From an uncultured Fibrobacteraceae bacterium (GTDB taxonomy: Bacteria > Krumholzibacteriota > Krumholzibacteriia > LZORAL124-64-63): a stretch of DNA of 64,000 nucleotides. Each line of letters opens with the position of its first letter. Position 1 is the first letter of the stretch. Below the pieces are notes generated by a model. That model saw only the letters and a list, made by a program, of their open reading frames with translations. It had not been told where the DNA came from and did not search any database. The position numbers were made by a program, and so were the translations under genes. Where the stretch lies: assembly GCA_964437115.1 (NCBI GenBank), contig CAYTFE010000005.1, forward strand, positions 34,966 through 98,965, written 5' to 3'. Shown piece by piece: positions 10,378-18,982 of the stretch.

Positions 10378-11345
10378 TGGATATTCGTAAAGAACTTGCT
10401 TCAATCATTGTTGGAGATCTGAATTCACGATGGCCTTACGCCACAACTTTTCTGGCAAAAAATAATCTGGAAATTGAAGACGACCCATCACAAAAGCTGA
10501 GTGAAGTTGCCAGTGATGAACTGCTGGACCAGCTCGCTGAATTCATTATCGAAATGGAATCTTTTCTTTCTGACGATGAAGAAGTTGTCGATGAAATTAC
10601 CATCTTTGGTGGCAAATGTAAAAACGGTGAGCCGGAAGGTGTGCGTGAGTTGACCATCAGAGTTGGTGAAGTTATCTGTATTGTCGGGCCAACCGGTTCG
10701 GGCAAAAGCAGACTACTTGCCGATATTGAATGGGTCGCTCAGAAAGATACGCCAACCGGAAGAAGCGTACTGATCAATGGTAAAATTCCTGAAAGCAAGT
10801 GGCGCACATCAAGTGAACACAAGCTTGTTGCGCAGTTAAGTCAGAACATGAATTTTGTAATGGACTTGTCTGTAGAAGAATTTCTGACACTGCACGCAGA
10901 GAGCAGGCAGACAGAAAACCCTGAAGAGAAGATTCAGCAGATCTGGAACGATGCCAATGCTCTTGCTGGTGAACCTTTTGCATTGGATACTCCAATTACA
11001 AGTCTCAGTGGCGGACAGTCCAGAGCGTTGATGATTGCAGATACTGCAATACTTTCAAAGTCGCCAGTTGTGTTGATTGATGAGATTGAAAACGCAGGTA
11101 TCGATCGTCAAAAGGCACTCGATATTCTAGTAAGTCAGGATAAAATTGTGTTGATGGCAACCCATGATCCAATCCTGGCACTGATGGGCGATCGACGAGT
11201 TGTAATCAATAACGGTGGTATGAAGTCTGTTGTTGAGCCTAGCGAAAAAGAACACGCAAATCTTGTAGACTTGCGTGCTCTTGATGACAGAATGATGAAG
11301 CTTCGCCACAGGTTGAGAATGGGCGAGAGGCTGGATGAAGTTTAG
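10377..11345 (+). CDS. ABC-type ATPase with N-terminal extension (no cognate permease nearby)
   Basis: Walker A GPTGSGKS, signature LSGGQ, Walker B VVLIDE, H-loop ATHD; overlaps the previous stop (TAATG). Confidence 0.9.
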   Translation: MDIRKELASIIVGDLNSRWPYATTFLAKNNLEIEDDPSQKLSEVASDELLDQLAEFIIEMESFLSDDEEVVDEITIFGGKCKNGEPEGVRELTIRVGEVICIVGPTGSGKSRLLADIEWVAQKDTPTGRSVLINGKIPESKWRTSSEHKLVAQLSQNMNFVMDLSVEEFLTLHAESRQTENPEEKIQQIWNDANALAGEPFALDTPITSLSGGQSRALMIADTAILSKSPVVLIDEIENAGIDRQKALDILVSQDKIVLMATHDPILALMGDRRVVINNGGMKSVVEPSEKEHANLVDLRALDDRMMKLRHRLRMGERLDEV

Positions 11346-11941
11346 TTCTCTTCTTTAGGCATATACTCGTCAGGCACAACCAGCTCAACAGTTTTTTCAA
11401 ACAGGAATTCGCGATTCCAGTACACACGCATAGCGTAGGTGCCGGGGTCGCGTTCTTTTTCAGGAGAGATGTTGAGTTTTGTATCAAGCCTGAAAGTTGG
11501 TTTTTCAGTAATGATTGGATCTGCAACTTTTGAGTAATGCAGATCTTCAGCTTTCAGCCAGACAATATTTGTGGTGTAGCTGTCATCGGTTTTAGTCATT
11601 GTGACTTCACCAAACTTGCGGAACATCTCTTTGCCGTCCGGTCTGATCCAGCCCAGATGGATCTGATGAGTTTTATCCAGTTGTGGATTACTGATATCGA
11701 TAGCAGCTCTCAAGTATTTGTTTTTCTTTTTACTGCTGACTTTGAACGTGTCTTTCACGCCAAGCAACTTGCCTGACTTTTTACTTACAGCACGATAGAA
11801 AATTATATCGCTCCCAAACTGATCTTCTGCCAGCTCAGAACCAGCATCAACAACAGCCTTGAATTCTTTGACATCGCTCTGCTCGCAACCGCTGATCAAA
11901 GCACCACATACCAATAATAAAACCAGAAACTTACTCATCAT
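11342..11941 (-). CDS. Hypothetical lipoprotein
   Basis: The start is moved to ATG 11941 behind AGGAGG; lipobox 'ALISGC'; beta-rich mature region. Confidence 0.72.
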   Translation of the reverse strand: MMSKFLVLLLVCGALISGCEQSDVKEFKAVVDAGSELAEDQFGSDIIFYRAVSKKSGKLLGVKDTFKVSSKKKNKYLRAAIDISNPQLDKTHQIHLGWIRPDGKEMFRKFGEVTMTKTDDSYTTNIVWLKAEDLHYSKVADPIITEKPTFRLDTKLNISPEKERDPGTYAMRVYWNREFLFEKTVELVVPDEYMPKEEN

Positions 11942-11967
11942 TGTCCTCCTTGTCAGACGAACATAAC

Positions 11968-11998
11968 AAAAGAGGAGACACTTTGCATCTCCTCTTTT
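11968..11998. terminator. Intrinsic terminator (second of a tandem pair)
   Basis: AAAAGAGGAGA-9 nt-TCTCCTCTTTT perfect inverted repeat with T tracts on both strands. Confidence 0.75.
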
Positions 11999-12013
11999 TG
12001 TAAAAACTGAAAA

Positions 12014-12047
12014 GGCAACAAGGCGAAGCGGGGAACGCCTCGTTGCC
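12014..12047 (-). terminator. Intrinsic terminator after the large C25 gene
   Basis: Minus strand GGCAACGAGGCG-loop-CGCCTTGTTGCC followed by TTTTCAGTTTTT. Confidence 0.7.
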
Positions 12048-12053
12048 ATAGTT

Positions 12054-15000
12054 TTATTTCAGTAACAGCATCTTGCGTGTTATTGATTTTCTTTCTGTAT
12101 CAAGACGATAGAAGTAAACGCCTGATGCAGTGATGTTGCCATTGTCAGATTTACCATCCCAGGTCACAAAGTGTGTGCCTGCGTCAAGCTCGCCACTAAT
12201 CAGAGTGCGAACCAATCGACCAGCAGTATCGTAAATTTGCAAGCTGGCCCTGGTTTGAGCTGGCAAGGCAAACGATATCTCTGTGCTTGGGTTGAATGGG
12301 TTTGGATAGTTGCCATTCAACATGACAGTTCTAGGTAGCTCATCACCAACTGCACTTGCACCATCTTCGATAGTAAAGTCTCCATCGGAAGCATCGTCAC
12401 TCATATTCAACTGAGTATCAAATGCAACAACTTTGATTCTGGCACTGGTTGATTGCAGCATAGGCAGATTAACATCGACCTGTGAATCTGCAGCTCCAGA
12501 ATATAGAATCTGTGACCAGGAGTCACCGCGGTCATTTGAGAACATTACTAATGAACCAGCAACAGAGTTGTTGTCACTTGAAGTGAATTCAACACTGATG
12601 TTTTCACCACTGCTAAATGTCTCGCCACCGTTTGGAGCAGTAAGTGCTACCATTGGGTCTTCTGAGTCATAGCTGGCTGTGTAGCCACCAAGTGTAAACT
12701 CATCAACACCAGCTTCAACAACTGAGCCGTTGTTATAGTCACTGGCAACAAATCGGAACTGTACTGTTGAGCTCATGCTAATTAAGCCGTCCAGAGCAAA
12801 GCTCTGCAATGACCAGCTGCGGTCACTGGTAGTTGTGTTTTCAAGTTCAACCCACGCGCCACCGTCAGATACTTCAACAACCCAGAAGTCCTCATTTGGA
12901 CCATAGCCAGTGTCATTGGTGTACCAGCGTCTGTATGAAACAGTAACATTATTGTAACCGGTCAGGTCGAAGACTGGAGAGAGCAGTGTTGTTGCTCCAC
13001 CATCGACATCTTCAGTACCCTGTGGAGAACCCGGGTCGCTTTGTCCTGTTATGAAACACATAGTTCCAGGATTAGGAGTTGCATCATCTTCAGGAGCAAT
13101 CTGAGTGCCTGCTGCTTCAACTCCGTTTGGATCAACACGAGTCCAGATACCTGTTGTGGCATCATCACCTGCTGCACCAACAGTCCAACCAGTATCTGAT
13201 TCCATATCATGGTAGTCTGACATTTCCTCGTCGATGCGGAATGAATAACTGCCTGCTGGACCGTTCGCAGGATCGCTTGAGAACAATCCTTGAATGTCGG
13301 TACCAGTTAACCAGTAACGGACACGAGTGCCAATTGGCTGGCCAGGAATTTCAGCCTGATAGTTATCATTACCAAGGTCAGCAAGGGCAAGTTCATAAAC
13401 CTGAGTACCGCCACTTGTCATGTAGTAGAAATGCAATTCATCGATGCCACTGAAATCAGTAGCATTGGTCTGGATTACATAAGGACCAGTTGTGTTATTT
13501 GAACCTTGATAAACAGTTGTATTTGTAAACTCAGGTCCAGCAATATCAGTCAAAGTAAAGTCACATGTAGTTGTCTGACCTTCAACAATATCAATATTGT
13601 AAAGAGTATCAGACTCAAGGCTTGCGTGATAGGCAACAATATCATATGTGCCTACAGGAACGCCACCCATGTAATCACCGTTTGCATCGGAAGTGAAAAT
13701 TCTTCCACTGCCAAGAACGCCAACAGTTACGCCTGCTGCTGCACGGGAAGCTGGCATCGCAATATCGATGTGACCTGCAATAGTTCCCTGAGCAGTTGGA
13801 GCCACCGGCATAAAGCGAATTGCTCTGCCAGCTGTCAATGTTGCTGCACCATCTGCATATTGATTCCAGTAGGTGTAAGTAAGACCATCAGAGTGGTCAA
13901 GATTTTGTAATCCAACTGTAGCATAACCGTTCTGAGTGTCGTAGTTATCAACTGCCTGGTATTGGATATCGATCATACAATCACCAGTGTCAGTTGGGTA
14001 ATGGGCTGGATCGTAAATTATTACCTGGAATGTCTGGTAACGATTCAGGTAGTTCATGACGTTATCCCATTCAATAATAAACATATTGTTAACAGTGTCA
14101 TGATAGTAATAGACGCCACCAGTATCTGTTGTCAGGTTGTCCCAGAATGCGGCAATCATACCGTTTGCAGTAGCTGCAGTAGGTAATGCCCAGTTACGAT
14201 AGTTCTGCATTGAAGTAGTACCAGGAGCAATCCAACCGTTTGAACAGATAGAAACTTTGTCGAAAACTTCACCGTAGTACTGGAAATCAAATGGCATATC
14301 CAGTGTTCTGGTATCGTCCTGTTCCCAGCCATTATCGTTCAGACCAACACTTGAACCAGTGGCTGAAATTTCAATCCAGTCATAGACAGGTGCAAAACCG
14401 TAATCAGTGTCAGTGTTGTCAAACATGTAGTAACCATATCCATCTGGTCCAACAGGATCAGTAGAAGATGCGGTTCCAACATTGGCTGAGAATTCAGCAG
14501 TATCTTCACTGCCATCAGCATATGTGATTTCGATAGCAAAGTTTGCCATGTGTCCAGGGTAGCAGTCATTTGCTACTGAAACAGCAAACTGGTCGCCACT
14601 GTTGTCTGCATGTCCACCTGCTGGGATGGAACCGTAGTTACCAGTTGGGTCTGAAATTGTTACCCAGGGACTGTTGCTGGTAAGAGTTGCAGTGAATGAG
14701 CCGGTAGCCATATTTCCATCGTTTACAAGGGAAACAGTTACAGCACCTGATTCACCTGGATCAAGATCATTGCCAGGAACATAGAATGTAGCCTGGTTGA
14801 AAGTGGCATCGGCACCAAAGACTTCAACAGAAACACCGGAAGTCCATGAGTCGCCACCAGAAGTGATAACCATTTCAAGCATGATATCTGATCCACCAGG
14901 GCAGTCTGCAGAAATCTGGATGTCATAGTCACCAGCAAAAGTTGCTCCTGCAGCCACAGTACCAAAGTCAATAGATCCGGAAAGAACATTGATATAAGGA

Positions 15001-17117
15001 TTGTTACTGAAAAGTTCAGCTGAAACATTGTTCATTTGAGTTGAATCATAGTTGAGCATGTCGATGCTCAAAGTAGCAGATTCATTTGGATTTACCTGGC
15101 CATCTCCATTAACGCTGAAAGATGAAACCGCAGCATAGTTTGCATTAGCAGAAACAGTGATATCCTGTCGATGAGGAATCATGTCGTGACCTGTAATGGT
15201 CAGCCTCATTGTGCTTCCAGCAAGACCAGACAGTGGCAATGTAATATTACCGCTATCATCTGTACGACCGTGAACTGATCCTAATCCATCATTCAGAAGT
15301 ACAACCATTGCATTTGGAACAGGACTGCCATATGAGTCAAGGGCAACAACATTATATGAAGTTGCAGCTGCTGGAATTTCAGGTGCATTTACAGGAGCAA
15401 AATCACCAGGAAGTGATGTCCACATTTCTGTAGCAGGATCACCCATCAGGTTGTTCCATACACACCAGACTTCAACATTATTAGGTTCAGAAAGATTGTA
15501 GTTGTTGTACATTGCAAGCTTGCCATAAGTAACTGCAGGACCAACTCTGAAATCGCCAGTGTTGATTACGCCATCAGCAATACCTGTGTAAACACAGTTG
15601 TTGTATCGAGTGTGTGTTCCTGTTGTTGCTGTTCCAATACTAGCTACAGCACCACCGTTGGGGGCCCTCAGAAATGCTTCACTATTACAGTTGCCATCAG
15701 ATTCAAAAGTACCTGTATCACAGGTTAGAAGTACTGCAAATGGCAGTTCATAGCCGTTGTCCATGTACATAATGTTTGTAGCATTAAGGCCACTCATACC
15801 CCAGTAACCACGATAACCAAAGAAGGAAATTCCGTCTCCAACTCCATTCATCATTTCAGAGGAGAAGTTTCCACTCCAGACAGTATCGATTTGAGTGTAA
15901 CCAAAGTTGAGTAGTTCATTTTTTACCCATTGGTTTACATAAATAGTTGTGATACCACTGGCAGATGGATCGCCAACAAGAAGTGCTCTGTCAAACCAGC
16001 CAGGATCAGTACCTGTTGGAGGAGTCATCTCGTAAGTTACGATTTTATCGATAACTGTTTCAAGTTCAGTTGTACTGGAAACAGAGATACGCCCCAGGTG
16101 AACATCAGAAAGTATATCGCCACCTTCAAGGCGTGTATAAGTATGATCACCTTCACCACCGTAACCACTGAGGCCTTCAGTATATGTAGGAATTGCAACT
16201 GAACCGTTGGCATCGCCAACAAGAGTTACAAATTCAAGTGGTATCTGCAAAGTGTCATACTGGTTTTGAATATAGTTTTTGATTGAGGCAGTGCTTGTTC
16301 CAGTTTGTGATGTTGTAGCAGTGATTACATTGTAACCCTGTTCTTCACGCCAGCCAACCAGTGGTTTTACAAGATTTGAGATAGTATCATCAGTAGGGTA
16401 GATAATCAGATAAGTACCACGATCTACAGTTACACCTCTGGAATCAGAATCATAGTTGGCAACTGAATTGCGGTACATGTTGTCAAATGATTCGGTAATT
16501 ACTGTGTTGTGCCTTGCTGGTGAATTTGTGCGGTCAACACCTGAGAAGTTAATATCTGCACTGATTCTTGAAGCAATAGTTGCTTTTCCTGTTTCCGGGT
16601 TCCAGCTCAAAGGATTGAAAGTAACTTGAACAACACGCAGGTTACCCATCAACGCAGGGCTGCCAACCTCGGCTGCGCTGAGTTGTGTTGCTCTGCTGTA
16701 GGCAACATTGTCAACTTCAAAACTTTCCCCATCGTTCTGAATAGGGAGAATTTTAACATCGTTGATAACAGTTGAAGAAACAACTGATGACGATGCTGAA
16801 ACTCCGGCAATATCTGGAATAGCTACCAGAGTTGAAAATGTAGGGAGACCAGGCTCGCCATTGGCACCACGGAATTCGCCACCTTTTATGGAGAAATGTT
16901 GCCAAGATTCACCTGCAATTATGACATCTTCTCTGGTAATTTCAGGAAGAGTGAATTCAAGTGTTAAACCATCAGCAGTTTCACTTAAGACAGCCACTGC
17001 TGGTTTAGAGTTGGGAATAGAGTTATCCAGAGCCAGGACTTGCTGCTGAACTTCAGTAGCAAAGGCAGAGATAGACAGTAGTAAACAGAAAAATACGACA
17101 GTTAGTCGAGGGCGCAT
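12054..17117 (-). CDS. Large C25 (gingipain-like) family protein: propeptide, C25 domain, Ig-like and NIDO-like domains, carboxypeptidase-regulatory-like domain, jelly-roll, FlgD-Ig CTD
   Basis: Start ATG 17117 behind GGAGG. Propeptide 'GEPGLP'; 'WREEQGY', 'LVGD', 'LGRIS', 'NLMGDP'; GPDGYGYY; CTD 'NYPNPFNP...WDG...SGVYFYRL...KMLLLK'. The catalytic His position reads YRG; Cys is retained (TCDTG). Confidence 0.9.
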   Translation of the reverse strand: MRPRLTVVFFCLLLSISAFATEVQQQVLALDNSIPNSKPAVAVLSETADGLTLEFTLPEITREDVIIAGESWQHFSIKGGEFRGANGEPGLPTFSTLVAIPDIAGVSASSSVVSSTVINDVKILPIQNDGESFEVDNVAYSRATQLSAAEVGSPALMGNLRVVQVTFNPLSWNPETGKATIASRISADINFSGVDRTNSPARHNTVITESFDNMYRNSVANYDSDSRGVTVDRGTYLIIYPTDDTISNLVKPLVGWREEQGYNVITATTSQTGTSTASIKNYIQNQYDTLQIPLEFVTLVGDANGSVAIPTYTEGLSGYGGEGDHTYTRLEGGDILSDVHLGRISVSSTTELETVIDKIVTYEMTPPTGTDPGWFDRALLVGDPSASGITTIYVNQWVKNELLNFGYTQIDTVWSGNFSSEMMNGVGDGISFFGYRGYWGMSGLNATNIMYMDNGYELPFAVLLTCDTGTFESDGNCNSEAFLRAPNGGAVASIGTATTGTHTRYNNCVYTGIADGVINTGDFRVGPAVTYGKLAMYNNYNLSEPNNVEVWCVWNNLMGDPATEMWTSLPGDFAPVNAPEIPAAATSYNVVALDSYGSPVPNAMVVLLNDGLGSVHGRTDDSGNITLPLSGLAGSTMRLTITGHDMIPHRQDITVSANANYAAVSSFSVNGDGQVNPNESATLSIDMLNYDSTQMNNVSAELFSNNPYINVLSGSIDFGTVAAGATFAGDYDIQISADCPGGSDIMLEMVITSGGDSWTSGVSVEVFGADATFNQATFYVPGNDLDPGESGAVTVSLVNDGNMATGSFTATLTSNSPWVTISDPTGNYGSIPAGGHADNSGDQFAVSVANDCYPGHMANFAIEITYADGSEDTAEFSANVGTASSTDPVGPDGYGYYMFDNTDTDYGFAPVYDWIEISATGSSVGLNDNGWEQDDTRTLDMPFDFQYYGEVFDKVSICSNGWIAPGTTSMQNYRNWALPTAATANGMIAAFWDNLTTDTGGVYYYHDTVNNMFIIEWDNVMNYLNRYQTFQVIIYDPAHYPTDTGDCMIDIQYQAVDNYDTQNGYATVGLQNLDHSDGLTYTYWNQYADGAATLTAGRAIRFMPVAPTAQGTIAGHIDIAMPASRAAAGVTVGVLGSGRIFTSDANGDYMGGVPVGTYDIVAYHASLESDTLYNIDIVEGQTTTCDFTLTDIAGPEFTNTTVYQGSNNTTGPYVIQTNATDFSGIDELHFYYMTSGGTQVYELALADLGNDNYQAEIPGQPIGTRVRYWLTGTDIQGLFSSDPANGPAGSYSFRIDEEMSDYHDMESDTGWTVGAAGDDATTGIWTRVDPNGVEAAGTQIAPEDDATPNPGTMCFITGQSDPGSPQGTEDVDGGATTLLSPVFDLTGYNNVTVSYRRWYTNDTGYGPNEDFWVVEVSDGGAWVELENTTTSDRSWSLQSFALDGLISMSSTVQFRFVASDYNNGSVVEAGVDEFTLGGYTASYDSEDPMVALTAPNGGETFSSGENISVEFTSSDNNSVAGSLVMFSNDRGDSWSQILYSGAADSQVDVNLPMLQSTSARIKVVAFDTQLNMSDDASDGDFTIEDGASAVGDELPRTVMLNGNYPNPFNPSTEISFALPAQTRASLQIYDTAGRLVRTLISGELDAGTHFVTWDGKSDNGNITASGVYFYRLDTERKSITRKMLLLK

Positions 17118-17202
17118 GATGCCTCCAGGTTGCGAATTCCTGAGATGGGGCGGGGTGTGTGCCATCGGGGCGGAATGCAGTAAGTGTTATAATCGTCCGC
17201 AT

Positions 17203-17231
17203 ATTATACACTATTTATTGCATATTGTGAA
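17203..17231 (-). promoter_or_regulatory. sigma70-type promoter for the 12054-17117 gene
   Basis: Minus strand TTCACA (17231-17226), 17-nt spacer, TATAAT (17208-17203). Confidence 0.65.
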
Positions 17232-17310
17232 GAGGGTCAGGCGATTTTTGTTTGAGTAAATGAATGACATTGAATAATTGTACATTTTTACACACAATCA
17301 ACGAATTATA

Positions 17311-17319
17311 TGCTACAAT
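17311..17319 (+). promoter_or_regulatory. Extended -10 promoter for the 17387-30722 operon
   Basis: TGcTACAAT about 70 nt upstream of ATG 17387 (RBS GGAGG). Confidence 0.45.
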
Positions 17320-17386
17320 GCAAGCTCGAGTCATCGTTCCCGCCAGATGACCACATATTCAAAATAAGCTTCTTTGGAGGATTCCT

Positions 17387-18982
17387 ATGTTAAGGAACGC
17401 ATCTTTGATTGCCTTCTTGTTCTTTGCACTGCCTGCTTTGGCAGCAACAATTTATGTCCCAGGTGACTATGCCCAGATTCATGATGCTGTTCAGGCAGCA
17501 AATTCTGGTGACGTAGTCCAGGTCGCTGCTGGTACATATAATGACTGTACACATGAAACCGAAGGCCCTGAAAGTACTCCTGCGTGCGTTATCATGAAAT
17601 CTGGTGTTACTTTGCGTGGCGCTGGCCCTGATGCAACAATTATCGATGCCCAAGGTCTGGGTCGTGGAATATTCATTGAAGGTGTTTCAAACTGTAGTGT
17701 TGAAAACCTGCAGGTTCGCGGTGCATATGCAGCAATTTATGGTGCTGGTATCCTGATTCGCCAGGTTGGCATCGATGTAACAATCACCGATGTATCAATC
17801 ACCGAAAATCTTGATGGCGGGCTGATCTGCTATGACAACGCCTCTCCATTTTTATTGAGATTGCACTGTTACAATAACGAAGCAAAACAGGGTGGTGGAA
17901 TCTCTGTTGAAGAATTCAGTTCTCCAGTTATTGAAAGCTGTATTGTAGAAAATAATGAAGCACCTAGTGGTGCTGGTATTTTCATTCGTAACCAGAGTGA
18001 TGCAACAATTCTCTATTGTACAATTACCGGAAATGTTATCAACGCAGCGTATGGTAATGGTGGTGGAATTTGTGTTACCGGTTCAAACCCTATAATCAGC
18101 GGTTGTGAGATAAATGGTAATACCACTTTGGGTTATGGTGGTGGCGTCAGCTATTTGAATAACTCTGGTGGATCGCTTTCAAGCAGTAGAATCAACGATA
18201 ATATCGCTTCAGGTGACAATTCACTTGGTGGTGGTATTTCTGTTAACGGATCAACTCCTCTGATTGAATACTGCCTGATTGCAAGAAATAGCCTGACTGG
18301 TGTTTATGGCGATGGTGGGGGCGTAGATTGTACCGGAACTCCATCTGCTACTTTTGATCATTGTACCATTATAGAGAATTCAACTGTAGGGTCTGCTGGT
18401 GGAATGTTTTTCCAGTATGGCGCAGATCCTATAATCGAACACAGCATGATTTTGGATTCTACTGCTGGTGAGGCGCTTTATTGCACCTTTGGTGGTACAC
18501 CAACCGTTTCCTGTAGCAATATCTATGGTAATGCTGGTGGCGATGCTATTTGTGGTAATGATACCGGTGACAACATCAGTGCCGACCCTGAATTTTGCGA
18601 TCTTGCAACTTTCACTCCATCGGATGTCAGCCCTGCTGCTGATATTTGTGGCGGATACTGCGGATATATTGGACCTGGTTGTGCGTCTGGCGTAGAAACT
18701 CCTGCGTCGGTTCACCTCCTGGGGAATTACCCGAATCCGTTTAACCCATCAACAACAATAGCTTTCATGCTTGACGAACCTGCTTCTGCTGAGTTAATAA
18801 TCAGGGATGTGCAGGGTAAAGCGGTGAAGCATATCACCCTGGGTGACCTCCCGTCAGGTCGCCACGAGTCCGCTTGGAATGGTCGAGACAACAACGACCG
18901 CCCCGCCGCAAGCGGTGTATATTTCTATGAACTACATGCCATGGGCATGAAACAGTCGAGGCGAATGATTCTAATTAAATGA
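17387..18982 (+). CDS. Right-handed parallel beta-helix repeat protein with FlgD-Ig CTD
   Basis: Signal peptide; 'IYVPGDYAQIHDAV'; repeated GGGI/N-x-A motifs; Cys-rich linker; NYPNPFNP CTD. Confidence 0.88.
   Translation: MLRNASLIAFLFFALPALAATIYVPGDYAQIHDAVQAANSGDVVQVAAGTYNDCTHETEGPESTPACVIMKSGVTLRGAGPDATIIDAQGLGRGIFIEGVSNCSVENLQVRGAYAAIYGAGILIRQVGIDVTITDVSITENLDGGLICYDNASPFLLRLHCYNNEAKQGGGISVEEFSSPVIESCIVENNEAPSGAGIFIRNQSDATILYCTITGNVINAAYGNGGGICVTGSNPIISGCEINGNTTLGYGGGVSYLNNSGGSLSSSRINDNIASGDNSLGGGISVNGSTPLIEYCLIARNSLTGVYGDGGGVDCTGTPSATFDHCTIIENSTVGSAGGMFFQYGADPIIEHSMILDSTAGEALYCTFGGTPTVSCSNIYGNAGGDAICGNDTGDNISADPEFCDLATFTPSDVSPAADICGGYCGYIGPGCASGVETPASVHLLGNYPNPFNPSTTIAFMLDEPASAELIIRDVQGKAVKHITLGDLPSGRHESAWNGRDNNDRPAASGVYFYELHAMGMKQSRRMILIK

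Noticed and set aside
11942-12049. N-terminal extension of ORF 11342-12049
   Set aside because: It runs through two terminator hairpins. ATG 11941 has AGGAGG and a lipoprotein signal.
13079-17049. Several 60-135 aa alternative-frame ORFs within the large C25 gene (and similar ones across the window)
   Set aside because: They overlap confident genes and have no RBS or motif support.
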